This document shows positions 38,349-47,729 of a DNA stretch of 62,183 bases, piece by piece. The stretch spans positions 1 to 62,183 of the forward strand of contig CAJXFT010000002.1 in assembly GCA_913053235.1 (NCBI GenBank), read 5' to 3'. This DNA comes from an uncultured Alphaproteobacteria bacterium (lineage in GTDB: Bacteria; Pseudomonadota; Alphaproteobacteria; UBA828). The notes under the pieces were generated by a model. That model was not told where the DNA came from and did no database searches. It worked only from the letters and a program-made list of their open reading frames with translations. How positions within the stretch are numbered: position 1 is the stretch's first letter; the number at the start of each line of letters is the position of its first letter. Made by a program: the position numbers and the translations under genes.

Positions 38349-38511
38349 GAACCTACCCCCCCGATGATCCCGGAACATGCGCCTGACGATAGCCGAAACG
38401 GCCCATTCGCGGAAGCGTGGCGAGAAATTGACGCCAATCCGCCACGCCGGCGGAGCGTTTGAGTTTGCAGTTTTTTCGCGGCTGTAAAGGTGACGTTGCT
38501 GATTGAAGTGA

Positions 38512-38760
38512 TCGTCGACCGAAGAGTGGATTGATGCGAACTTGCATCGCAACTTTCGGCTCCTGAAATACGCCATCGCCGAGTGGATCGGCTGCCACAA
38601 CGGTGAGCGGCCCCATTCCGCCCTGGCCGGTCAAACGCCGGCCGAGACCTATGGCGCCGGACAGTCCGTGGATATGATGGACAAGGCTATCGCCTTGCCC
38701 ACATCCCCACCGGCTCAACAACAGCAACAGGAATTGAAAAATAGGTTTTTGGCGGCATGA
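38512..38760 (+). mobile_element. DDE (rve integrase-core) transposase, C-terminal fragment only (IS3/IS481-like)
   Basis: Open frame SSTEEWIDANLHRNFRLLKYAIAEWIGCHNGERPHSALAGQTPAETYGAG... The W..YN..RPHSALgg.tP motif marks the end of rve-type transposases. No catalytic core lies upstream. Confidence 0.65.
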
Positions 38761-38820
38761 TCAACATTCGGAATACACCTTAGACAGGCCGCCAAGCTGT
38801 CCAACAAAGTGGGACCACCT

Positions 38821-38854
38821 CAGGTCCAAGGTTCGAGTCCTTGTGCGCCCACCA
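38821..38854 (+). other. tRNA 3' fragment (variable loop, T-arm, 3' acceptor strand, discriminator, CCA): possible att-site remnant
   Basis: caggtc CAAGG TTCGAGT CCTTG TGCGCCC A CCA: canonical 5-bp T-stem, GTTCGAGTC T-loop and a terminal CCA at 38852-38854. No complementary 5' acceptor strand (GGGCGCA) or D-arm was found in the preceding 80 nt, so it is not an intact tRNA gene. Confidence 0.6.
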
Positions 38855-38945
38855 ATTATTTCAATGGGTTAACAGAGCACATTCTGAGCCTCCACGGGTT
38901 CGGGCGGCGAAGGAGCCATCAGGGCTACCCTGGTTCGATTGGGAT

Positions 38946-40868
38946 ATGCGTGACAAAAAGATAATTGCCGACGAAGCAGCCGTGGCGGCGGCGATTGGCG
39001 AAGGCCGGGCGCATCACGGCGCCGGCCGTTTGCGGCAAGCCGAAGCAATTTATCGCGGCGTGCTTGCGGCCGAGCCCGATTGCCCGGATGCCGTCCACCT
39101 TTTGGGCGTGATCGCGCACCAGAACGGCGACGACGGCGTTGCCGTGGAGCTCATCACCAAGGCGATCGCCGCCAATCCGCGTGTCGCCGAATACCACAAC
39201 AATCTCGGCACCGCGCTCAAGCAGCTGGGCAGGCTGGAGGATGCGGTGGCGGCCTATGAGGAGGCCCTCGAACTGAGGCCCGAATCCGCCGCGGCGCATT
39301 ATAATCTGGGCAACACGCTGAGGGACCAGGACAAGCCGGAGGATGCGGTGACGGCCTTTCTGAGAGCCGTCGAATTGCGCCCCGAATATGCCGAGGCGCA
39401 CAACAATCTCGGCAATGTTCTCAGAGGCATGGGCCAATTGGAAAATGCGGTGGCGGCTTTCCGGCGCGCCCTGGAAACCAAAACCGACTATGCCCACGCG
39501 CACAACAATCTCGGCAATGCGTTCAAGGACCAGGGCAATCTCGACGATGCGATGGCCGCCTTCCGCACCGCGCTCGAATTGAATCCCGGCTTCGAAGAGG
39601 CGCACAGCAACCTGCTTTCATGCCTCTATTATCACCCTTCATGCGATCGCCAGACGATCTTTGCCGAGCACCGAAAGTGGAACGCGCAACATGCCGTGCC
39701 GCTAAGCCCCGCGGCAAAGCTCCATAACAACGCGGCGATCCCGGAAAGACGGATTCGCCTGGGGCTTGTCTCGCACAATTTCCGCCGCCATCCGGTCGGA
39801 TATTTGGCCCTTTCCGCCCTCGAAGCGCTCGATACGGAGGCCGTCGAGCTCTACTGCTACGCCGACATCATCCAGGGCGACGATCTTACCGGGCGCTTCC
39901 GGGAGGCCGCCCATGGCTGGCGCCCGACGGTGGGAATGAGTGACGAAAAAGTTGCGGCGCTGATCGGCGGTGACGAAATCGATATTCTGGTCGATATGTC
40001 CGGTCATGGCACGGGCAGCCGCCTCCTCGTCTTCGCGCACAGGCCGGCACCGGTGCAGGTCAAATGGGTGGGCTGTCAGAACAACACCACGGGCATGGAT
40101 GCGATCGACTATTTCATCTCCGATTCCGTCGAGACCCCGGCGCATCACGAGCCGTGGTACACGGAGGCGGTCGTCCGCCTGCCCGACAGCTATGTCTGCT
40201 ACGAGCCGCCGCATTATGCGCCCGCGGTAGCGCCGCCGCCGGCCCTTTCGAACGGCCATATCACGTTTGGCTGCTTCAACAATCTGACCAAGGTCAATCG
40301 CCAGGCGATCGCGCTATGGTCGCGGCTCCTCGAGCGCGCCCCTGCAAGCCGGCTCATCCTCAAGGCCAAGCAGCTCAACGATGCGGCGGTTCGGGGGCGC
40401 TATCAGGCCATGTTCGCGGAGCACGGGATCGCGCCCGAGCGCCTCGACCTGCTCGGATACTCGCTGCATGCCGAGCTGCTGGCGCATTACCATGATGTCG
40501 ATATCGCGTTGGACCCCTTCCCCTATTCCGGATGTCTGACGACCTGCGAAGCCCTGTGGATGGGCGTTCCCGTGGTGACCATGCCGGGCGAGATATTTGC
40601 CCATCGCCACTCGGCCAGCTTTCTCGGCACTGTCGGTCTCACCGATTGGCTGGCAACCACGCCCGAGCAATATCTTCGCATCGCCGAGCGCCATTGCGGC
40701 GACCTCGCCGGCCTGGCCGGCCTTCGCGCCGGTTTGCGCGAGCGGGTCAGGCGATCGCCACTATGCGACGCGCCGCGATTTGCCGGCAATTTGGAGGCCG
40801 CCTTTCGCCGCATGTGGCGCCATTGGTGCGCCACCAAAAGCGACGGCGGCCATACGCCTAATCGTTGA
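38946..40868 (+). CDS. TPR-repeat protein with C-terminal SPINDLY/O-GlcNAc-transferase-like (GT41) domain
   Basis: Start moved to ATG 38946 (MRDKKIIADE). Six to seven TPRs (recurrent AEAHNNLGN.L...G....A...F..AL...P). C-terminal GCFNNLTKVN...DPFPYSGCLTTCEALWMGVPVVT is typical of GT41-type transferases. Confidence 0.8.
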   Translation: MRDKKIIADEAAVAAAIGEGRAHHGAGRLRQAEAIYRGVLAAEPDCPDAVHLLGVIAHQNGDDGVAVELITKAIAANPRVAEYHNNLGTALKQLGRLEDAVAAYEEALELRPESAAAHYNLGNTLRDQDKPEDAVTAFLRAVELRPEYAEAHNNLGNVLRGMGQLENAVAAFRRALETKTDYAHAHNNLGNAFKDQGNLDDAMAAFRTALELNPGFEEAHSNLLSCLYYHPSCDRQTIFAEHRKWNAQHAVPLSPAAKLHNNAAIPERRIRLGLVSHNFRRHPVGYLALSALEALDTEAVELYCYADIIQGDDLTGRFREAAHGWRPTVGMSDEKVAALIGGDEIDILVDMSGHGTGSRLLVFAHRPAPVQVKWVGCQNNTTGMDAIDYFISDSVETPAHHEPWYTEAVVRLPDSYVCYEPPHYAPAVAPPPALSNGHITFGCFNNLTKVNRQAIALWSRLLERAPASRLILKAKQLNDAAVRGRYQAMFAEHGIAPERLDLLGYSLHAELLAHYHDVDIALDPFPYSGCLTTCEALWMGVPVVTMPGEIFAHRHSASFLGTVGLTDWLATTPEQYLRIAERHCGDLAGLAGLRAGLRERVRRSPLCDAPRFAGNLEAAFRRMWRHWCATKSDGGHTPNR

Positions 40869-43800
40869 GAATATCGAACACGCCTTTCAGAATGTCCTGT
40901 GGCGACAATGGGTCGTCGTCGGCACGTTCGGGGATAGGCTCGGGCGCCGGCGCCGGTTGCGGTGCCGGCGCGCGCTCGGCGCTAATTTCGCCTTGTTGCG
41001 GCGCCAACCCCGCCGGCTCCGCACCATCCCTCTGTGGCGCCAACCCGCTCGGCTCCGAGCCGCCTCTTTGCGGCGCCAGCGCCGGCTCGGATTCCTCGAT
41101 CCGAGGCTGCACGGCGCTCGGCGCATCTTCAAACGAATCGCCGAGCACACCGCGCAAGAGGACATCCTCGATCGAAGCGGGCGGCGAATCCTCGGCCGGC
41201 GGCGGTTGGGCGCCGTCCGGTGAACGTGCCGGCTCGCCGTCGTCGGGATCGCCGAAGACGCCGCGCAGCAGCGTGTCCTCGATCGACCCCGGCTCGGCCT
41301 TGGCGCCGTCGCGCAGCTTGGGCAGGACCAGCTTGCCGACCGCCGTCTTGGCGATGCGCTTTATCAGATAGGCCTGCATGTCCGAGATCAGCAGTTCGCG
41401 CGCCGGATTGTCGATGGCCCCGGTCATGCGGACGCCGAGCGGCGGCGCCTTGGGATGGTCGGTGAGGTCGAAGAGAGCCGTGAGATCGAGCCGCCAGGAC
41501 GGCAAATCGGCGGTGCCGCGGACGCTTCCGCGCCCGCCATCGGCGACCAGCAGAAGGTCGCTGGTGGTCGCCAGGCCGTTCTTGACATGGATGGTGCCGT
41601 CAAGGGATTCGAGCCGCGTGGTGCCCCCAGACAGACCAGTATCCGCCAAATTTAAAAAATCGCTGGGGTCGTTGAGGTCGCCCAGGCGGTCGCTGAGAAG
41701 GCGCAGATCGACGCCCTCGACGGTGCCGTTCCGGGCGTTCAGCGTGGCGTCTCCCCGCAGCGCGCGGACCAGGTCATATTCGCTGAGGCCTTCGCTGGCG
41801 AAGCGGCCGTCGAGGCTGGCGCGCCCCGTTACCGCCTCGATATCGGCGGCCTGGCGCAGCGCGCTGGCGAGATCCATGCTGTCCAATTTGAAAGCGAGAT
41901 TGACCTGCGGCGGCGCCGCGTCGGCGATGCGGCCCTGGGCCTCCAACAGGCCGTCGAAGATACGCCCGCGCAGGGAATCGATCTCGAGCGCGCCGCCGGC
42001 GACGCGGAACTTGAACTCGGCCTGATCGAACCGGTAGCCGCCGGCCAGAATGGCGTCGGCAAGCAGCGAAATATCGGCCTCGATTTCGGCCAGCGGCGAG
42101 AGATCGAAGGGCTCGCGCGACCATCGCTCGCCCGGGCGTTGCGGTTGCTGGCCAGGGCTTTGCGCGGCGCCATCGCCATTCCGGGAGGCGTTTGCGGCGC
42201 CGGCTTCTTCGTCGCCGGCAACGGCGCCGCCGATGAAGAGCCCTGCATCGAGCAGGCCGGCTTCCAGATTGGCGCGCAATACCGGCACCGGGCCGCCGAG
42301 CTCGAGGTCGGCGGCGCCGGAGATGCGCGTCGTGCCGAGTGCGACGCTCAAATCCGAAATCGCCGCCGCCGCCGCACCGCCGGCGAGGCGGCCCTTGATG
42401 CGCACCGCGCCGACCTCTTCGCCTTCATATTGGGCGCCGCTCAACAGCTCGGCCAGGGCGGCGAAGCTCGGATTGGCGAGGTCGAAGGCGAGGTTGTAGC
42501 GTCCGCCGCCGGAAAAATCGGCGAGATTGCCGGCCACTTGCAGATGATTGCCGGCGGCGCGCGCGCTGAGGCTCAGATTGAGCGCCTCCAAGCCACCGTC
42601 GAGGCCGCCATCGAGGGCGAGCGCACCAAGCCGGCGCACCAGTTTGGGCGGGCTCATATCGGCGGCGCGCATCAGCTCGGCGACGTCCGGCGAGCGCATT
42701 TCCAGGCCCAAATTGAGCGCCGCATCGTCGAGCGGCGAGGTGATGCTGCCGACCAGCGACAGCACCGCCGGCCGGGTCTCGAGCCGGGCGTTCAGACTGA
42801 CCGCGTCGCGCCCGCCGGAGAGGCTGCCCGCGAGGCTGACGGCGCCCAGATTGTCGGCGCGGAAACTGGGGTCGATGCCGGCGACGCGGATCAGGCCGAG
42901 AATCGAATCGGCCTTGGCATCGAAGCTGAGATTGACATCGGGGGCGCCGGCGAGATCCCGTATTTCGCCGTTCAGCGCCAGCTTGGCGCCCGAAAGATCG
43001 GACACATTGAGGCGATGCAGCGTGATGATATTATCCTTGAGAACGCCTTCGAGCGTGACGCCCGAGAGCACCGCACCGCCATAGCTGAGGCGCCCGGCGG
43101 TCAGTTTCAGCTTGGCATCGAGGCTATCCAAAAAGCCAAGATCGCCGCCTTGCGCCGCCGCCTCGGCCGCCTCGGGCGGTGCGGCGCCTGCATCCGCGCC
43201 CGCGTCCACACCTGCCTCCACGCCCGCTTCGGCCGCGCCGACGGCCAGATAGGCGTCCGCGTTGAGGCGGTCCAAATGCAGATTGGCGTCGAGGCTGTTG
43301 CGCGCGCCGTGCGAGAAATTGGCGTAGCCCTTCAGGCGCGAGGCATCGATGCGCAGATCGAGCTCCGACAGCTCGCCGCCCGTCTCGTCGGCGCTGATCG
43401 CCGTGGTCAGGCTGAAGCGCCGCAAACGGTCGCTCGGTATGTCCGAAGCATTGAGCATATCGAGCCAGGAAATAACGGCGCGCGCATCGTCGGACTCGAC
43501 CTCGAGCTGGCCGTCGAAGCGCGGCCCGTCCTCGGCCGGCGACAATTGGCCGAACAGGGCGACATTGCTGCCGCCCGGCAACAGGGCCGAGGCCTGCTGC
43601 ACGGTGATGACGCCCTCGTCGAGCGACAAGATGGCATGCGCCTGATGCACCACACCGCCGAGATAGCGCAGCGTCTGCACTTCGAGGTCGACCGAGGCGG
43701 CGAGGTCGTCGGGCAGCATCGCCATATATGTGCCGATGCCGGTCGCCGCCATGGCGCCGTCTTCGCCGCCGGGCGCCGTGGCTTCCGCCTGCGACGTTTG

Positions 43801-44850
43801 CGAAGCGCTCTCGGCGCCGCTTGCCGGGGCGCCGTTTTCGGCGATTCTGTCGAGATCGAAACGGTTTATCGTCAGTGCCGCGTCCAGTTGCGCGGGACTG
43901 CCCATCACATAGGCGATGGCGCCGCTGGCCTGGGTTTCGCCGAGGCGAATTTGCAGCTCGTCGAGGTTCAGGCTGGTTTCCGAGATTTCGGCGCTGGCCT
44001 TGAGCGAGAACTTTTCCGCCGCCAGCGATTGCGCGCCGCCGATGCCGAGCTGGGCCAGCAGATCCGCCAGATCGGGCCCGGAAGCGCGCAAGGTTCCCGA
44101 ACCCTCGCTGCCGGCCTGGCGCGCGAAAAGCATGCCTTCGAAGCCGAGCTGCGCCATGCCTTCGCCCAACTCGGCCTTGAACGAGACGGGAATTTGTCCG
44201 TCGCCGCGCTTGCGTCCGCTGGCGATTTGGAAGGCGGTCTCGAGGCCGCGCATGGCCATGCTGCCGTCGCCGCGAAACGGCCCCTCGAGGGATTTGGCCG
44301 ACAGGGTGCCGTTCAGGCGTTGGATATATTCGACCGTGCCCGAGGCGCTGTCGCGATAGATGATGGTGCCGTTCCGGATCGACACATCGCCGCTTATCTC
44401 GGTTGCGTCTTCTTCCCCATCTTCGTCCGAAGCGCCGCCATCGGCCTCGGCCGCGGTGCCGTCGCCGGGCGTGAAGCGCCAATTCTGGCGGCCGTCCGCG
44501 AGGCGCTCCAACTCGATCACCGGATCGATCAATTCGAGGCTGGAGACCTGGAAATCGCCCGACAGCAGCGGCCCCAGGGCGAGTTGCAGATCGAGCGCCT
44601 GGAGACGCATCATATCGGCCGCGTTGGCGCCCTCCACATTGGACAGCCGGACATCGGACACGCGCAGTTTGGGGCTCGGCAACAGCGAAATTTCGATATC
44701 GCCGTCGATCGACAATTGGCGCCCGGTCAGGGCTTCGACGGGCTCCAAAATTTCCGGCTTATAGCTGTTCCAGTCCATGAAGCCGGGCACCACGAAGGCG
44801 GCGATGATCACCAGCACGATGAAAGCGATCACGCCATAGATAATTTTCAT
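40858..44850 (-). CDS. AsmA-family outer-membrane biogenesis protein (giant, ~1330 aa) with Pro/Ala-rich repetitive C-terminal tail
   Basis: N-terminal anchor MKIIYGVIAFIVLVIIAAFVVPGF, then AsmA-type beta-rich repeats. ATG 44850 preferred; GTG 44868 possible. The 3' end overlaps the convergent TPR gene by 11 nt. Confidence 0.85.
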   Translation of the reverse strand: MKIIYGVIAFIVLVIIAAFVVPGFMDWNSYKPEILEPVEALTGRQLSIDGDIEISLLPSPKLRVSDVRLSNVEGANAADMMRLQALDLQLALGPLLSGDFQVSSLELIDPVIELERLADGRQNWRFTPGDGTAAEADGGASDEDGEEDATEISGDVSIRNGTIIYRDSASGTVEYIQRLNGTLSAKSLEGPFRGDGSMAMRGLETAFQIASGRKRGDGQIPVSFKAELGEGMAQLGFEGMLFARQAGSEGSGTLRASGPDLADLLAQLGIGGAQSLAAEKFSLKASAEISETSLNLDELQIRLGETQASGAIAYVMGSPAQLDAALTINRFDLDRIAENGAPASGAESASQTSQAEATAPGGEDGAMAATGIGTYMAMLPDDLAASVDLEVQTLRYLGGVVHQAHAILSLDEGVITVQQASALLPGGSNVALFGQLSPAEDGPRFDGQLEVESDDARAVISWLDMLNASDIPSDRLRRFSLTTAISADETGGELSELDLRIDASRLKGYANFSHGARNSLDANLHLDRLNADAYLAVGAAEAGVEAGVDAGADAGAAPPEAAEAAAQGGDLGFLDSLDAKLKLTAGRLSYGGAVLSGVTLEGVLKDNIITLHRLNVSDLSGAKLALNGEIRDLAGAPDVNLSFDAKADSILGLIRVAGIDPSFRADNLGAVSLAGSLSGGRDAVSLNARLETRPAVLSLVGSITSPLDDAALNLGLEMRSPDVAELMRAADMSPPKLVRRLGALALDGGLDGGLEALNLSLSARAAGNHLQVAGNLADFSGGGRYNLAFDLANPSFAALAELLSGAQYEGEEVGAVRIKGRLAGGAAAAAISDLSVALGTTRISGAADLELGGPVPVLRANLEAGLLDAGLFIGGAVAGDEEAGAANASRNGDGAAQSPGQQPQRPGERWSREPFDLSPLAEIEADISLLADAILAGGYRFDQAEFKFRVAGGALEIDSLRGRIFDGLLEAQGRIADAAPPQVNLAFKLDSMDLASALRQAADIEAVTGRASLDGRFASEGLSEYDLVRALRGDATLNARNGTVEGVDLRLLSDRLGDLNDPSDFLNLADTGLSGGTTRLESLDGTIHVKNGLATTSDLLLVADGGRGSVRGTADLPSWRLDLTALFDLTDHPKAPPLGVRMTGAIDNPARELLISDMQAYLIKRIAKTAVGKLVLPKLRDGAKAEPGSIEDTLLRGVFGDPDDGEPARSPDGAQPPPAEDSPPASIEDVLLRGVLGDSFEDAPSAVQPRIEESEPALAPQRGGSEPSGLAPQRDGAEPAGLAPQQGEISAERAPAPQPAPAPEPIPERADDDPLSPQDILKGVFDILND

Positions 44851-44963
44851 CGCGCCCGGCCCAGCCACGCGCCGCCGGGCGCCGATGGCGCGTAGCGGGA
44901 AACGCTGTTAACATTAGGTTCCATATGGGTTAGGCTACCTTATACCAAGGAAGGTCGGAAGCG

Positions 44964-45170
44964 ATGGCGGAGATCACGAATCTCAACCAATACCGCAAAC
45001 AGCGGAAAAAGGAAGAAAAGCGCAAGGCCGGGGCGTCGAACAAGGTGCGCAAGGGGCGTACCAAATTGGAACGTTTGGCGGAGAAATTCAGCGCCGAGCG
45101 GCACGATTTGGAACATGACGGAAAAATATTCATCGAGCGCGCCCGTTCGAAAGACAAAGACACGAATTGA
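44964..45170 (+). CDS. Small basic protein, DUF4169-like
   Basis: 68 aa. MAEITNLNQYRKQRKKEEKRKAGASNKVRKGRTKLERL... resembles the conserved alphaproteobacterial DUF4169 pattern (AEI.NL...RK...R..K...A..NR..FGRTKAER). AAGGAAGG lies upstream. Confidence 0.55.
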   Translation: MAEITNLNQYRKQRKKEEKRKAGASNKVRKGRTKLERLAEKFSAERHDLEHDGKIFIERARSKDKDTN

Positions 45171-45217
45171 GCCGCCCTGTTGCGTGCCCCCCGTGGCGTG
45201 ACCACCGCTCCTCGGTA

Positions 45218-45826
45218 TTATTTTAGAAATGTGTCGAAATAACGTCTGATTACCTGCTCCTGGCTGGTGTTGTAATCGTTCATCAGGACCATGGTCAGGT
45301 CGTTGTAAATTTGATCCCGCTCGTTGAGCGAAACATTTTCGGGCGTCGTCCGTGAGCGCGCGGCTTCGGTGTTGGTAAAGGCCAAAACGGCGCCGTCGGC
45401 GTCGGTGATTTCGATCTTCACCTGTAGGCGGGCATCGACGCGCTCGGCCTGTTCGGTGGTGAACAGGGCCTCCAAATCCTCGTTGGTCTTCAATTCCTCG
45501 ACGATTGCGCTGGCGTCCTCGACGATAACGCGCATCACATTGGCGCCGCCCGCCGTCGTCTTCAAACGGTCATCGCTCCAACGCCTGAGCGCCTGCATGA
45601 TGGGGGTGGGAAAGAGATGCTCGACATTGGGCGATTGCAGGGGCGAGCGGTATTTCTCGACAATTTCTATGCGCCCGACGGTGAAATTCAGGGCCGGCAG
45701 ATGCTTGAAGGAAAGCTCCGGGATGACCGGGCGTGAAACCGTGGTCTCGCAGGCGCCAAGCGCGCCCATGGCGATCAGTGAAATCACCATGATCAAAGCT
45801 CTCGTTCTAAACAGCCGCCCTATCAT
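45218..45826 (-). CDS. Lipoprotein, function unknown
   Basis: Preferred start MIGRLFRTRALIMVISLIAMGALGAC with the lipobox L-G-A-C. No recognisable catalytic motif. ATG 45853 is an alternative start. Confidence 0.55.
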   Translation of the reverse strand: MIGRLFRTRALIMVISLIAMGALGACETTVSRPVIPELSFKHLPALNFTVGRIEIVEKYRSPLQSPNVEHLFPTPIMQALRRWSDDRLKTTAGGANVMRVIVEDASAIVEELKTNEDLEALFTTEQAERVDARLQVKIEITDADGAVLAFTNTEAARSRTTPENVSLNERDQIYNDLTMVLMNDYNTSQEQVIRRYFDTFLK

Positions 45827-45849
45827 GGCCGGTTTCTCCTTGTCAGCGA

Positions 45850-46818
45850 TCACGCAGCGTATATGGCATCGAGCTCGATATCGCCAAAAGATTCGGATTT
45901 ATTGCAGAATTGGCAGGTGACGACGACGCGGCCGTCAATGTTTAACGCCTTGATTTCATCGCGCGGCAGCGCCTTGAGCGTGGTCTCGACGCGGTGGCGC
46001 GAGCAGCGGCAGCCGAAGGCGAGCGGGCGCGGCCGATGAACGCGCACCGATTCTTCGTGAAACAGGCGCAACAGCAGGCGGTCCGAGCCGAGCGCCGGGT
46101 CGAGGAGTTCGCCGGGCGTTACGCTGCTCATGAGGATCACGGCGCGGCGCCAATCCTCATGCGCCTCCTGCTCCTCAAGCCCGGCGCCGGGCGCATCGGG
46201 CAGCGCATCAGGCAGCGCGTCGCGCCCCGGCGGCCGGTCATATCCGCCGCCGCCCGGCTCGTGCTGGAGCATCAGTGCGCCGGCGCGCCAGACGCCCGCC
46301 AGGCGCTCCGCCGCGAGCTGGATCGCGCTGGCGATCTGTTCCGATTGGCGGAAATAATTATGCGCGCATTCGCTTAAAGACGTGCCTTCCAGCGCCACGA
46401 TACCCTGATAGCGTTCCGTATCCGGCCCCTGATCGACGGTAAAGGCGAGATGTCCGGCGCCCAACAGGCGCGGCACCGAGCTTTCCTCGCCGCCCGCCAA
46501 TGCGGTGCGAAGCGCCGCCGCATCGAAATCGGCGTAACCGCGCAGCGCGCCGGCGCTGGTGATATCGACCACCATCATATGAAGCGGCCCGTCGCCGCGC
46601 GTCTGCACGGTGAACACGCCGTCATATTTGATGGTGCTCGCCAGGAGCGCGCTGAGCGCGATCAGCTCGCCCAGCAGGCGCGATACCGGAGCCGGATAAT
46701 CATGCTGCGCCAGCACCGTGTTGAGGGCGCCGCCGAGGCGAACATGGCGGCCGCGCACGCCGGCGGCGTCGAGCCGAAAGCTGCGCACGAAATCATCGCT
46801 GGCGGCGATCCCGCTCAT
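45850..46818 (-). CDS. hslO: Hsp33-family redox-regulated chaperone
   Basis: Start ATG 46818 (ATGA overlap with the argF stop): MSGIAASDDFVRSFRLDAAGVRGRHVRLG...YPAPVSRLLGE. C-terminal zinc centre CRCS...CQFC. The ORF-track extension to 47337 is rejected. Confidence 0.9.
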   Translation of the reverse strand: MSGIAASDDFVRSFRLDAAGVRGRHVRLGGALNTVLAQHDYPAPVSRLLGELIALSALLASTIKYDGVFTVQTRGDGPLHMMVVDITSAGALRGYADFDAAALRTALAGGEESSVPRLLGAGHLAFTVDQGPDTERYQGIVALEGTSLSECAHNYFRQSEQIASAIQLAAERLAGVWRAGALMLQHEPGGGGYDRPPGRDALPDALPDAPGAGLEEQEAHEDWRRAVILMSSVTPGELLDPALGSDRLLLRLFHEESVRVHRPRPLAFGCRCSRHRVETTLKALPRDEIKALNIDGRVVVTCQFCNKSESFGDIELDAIYAA

Positions 46819-47729
46819 GACTCGCCGGCCAGGCACCAGAGCAGGATCGCCTCCTGCGCATGGAGGCGATTTTCGGCCTCGTCGAAGACCCGCGATTGGC
46901 CACCGTCGATCACCGCCGGGCTTACTTCGAGGCCGCGTTTGGCCGGCAGGCAATGCAGAAATATGGCTCCCCTGTCGGCCTTCGCCATGACCGCCTCGTT
47001 CACCTGGTAGGGCCTGAGGGCTTCTATCTTCTGCTTGCCGGCATCGTCGCTCATCGATATCCAGGTGTCGGTGACGACGCAATCGGCGCCGGCCGCGGCA
47101 TGGTGGACATCTTCGCCAACCTCGACATCGGCGCCGCGCGCCAGCGCCCAATCGAGGATTTCGGCTTCCGGTGCGTACTCCGCGGGACAGGCCAGGCGGA
47201 GCGAGAATCGGAACTGCGCCGCCGCCTGAATCCAGGTCGCCGCCATATTGTTGCCGTCGCCGAGCCAGGCGACGCGGCGCCCTTCGATGGCGCCGAGATG
47301 TTCCTCGAAGGTCAGCACATCGGCCATCAACTGGCACGGATGGGTGCGGTCGGTGAGGCCGTTGATGATCGGCACGTCGGCATTTTCGACCAGTTGCAGC
47401 AGCGATTCATGGCTGGCGGTGCGCAACAGGACGGCATCGACATAGCGCGACAGAACGCGCGCCGTATCGCCGATCGATTCGCCCCGGCCGAGCTGCAATT
47501 CGCCGGGCGACAGTGCGATCGAGCGGCCGCCGAGCTTGTTCATGGCGACATCGAACGAAATGCGCGTGCGCGTCGACGGGGTTTCGAAAATCATCGCCAG
47601 GGTCTTGCCGGCGAGCGCGCCCCGCCCGGTTTCGGGCGCGCGCTTAAGCTCTCCCGCGCGTTCGATCATATGGCGGAGCGTCTTGGGCTCGAAAGCCTCG
47701 AGCCCGATAAAATGGCGTATTGCACTCAC
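46815..47729 (-). CDS. argF: Ornithine carbamoyltransferase
   Basis: 304 aa. Carries the STRTR, HPCQ and HCLP motifs and DTWISMSD. Overlaps argD upstream and hslO downstream by 4 nt each. Confidence 0.92.
   Translation of the reverse strand: MSAIRHFIGLEAFEPKTLRHMIERAGELKRAPETGRGALAGKTLAMIFETPSTRTRISFDVAMNKLGGRSIALSPGELQLGRGESIGDTARVLSRYVDAVLLRTASHESLLQLVENADVPIINGLTDRTHPCQLMADVLTFEEHLGAIEGRRVAWLGDGNNMAATWIQAAAQFRFSLRLACPAEYAPEAEILDWALARGADVEVGEDVHHAAAGADCVVTDTWISMSDDAGKQKIEALRPYQVNEAVMAKADRGAIFLHCLPAKRGLEVSPAVIDGGQSRVFDEAENRLHAQEAILLWCLAGES

Noticed and set aside
38775-38854. Intact tRNA gene.
   Set aside because: Only the T-arm, 3' acceptor strand and CCA are recognisable. The expected 5' acceptor strand GGGCGCA and the D-arm are absent upstream, and the putative anticodon stem does not pair.
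45850-47337. ORF-track N-terminal extensions. Examples: the 495-aa version of hslO, the 526-aa ORF 23705-25285, the 345-aa ORF 5225-6262, the 401-aa ORF 57449-58654 and the 675-aa ORF 38841-40868.
   Set aside because: The extensions overlap upstream genes and are Arg/Pro-rich. Internal starts coincide with ATGA/GTGA overlaps or SD-like sequences and with the beginning of family homology.
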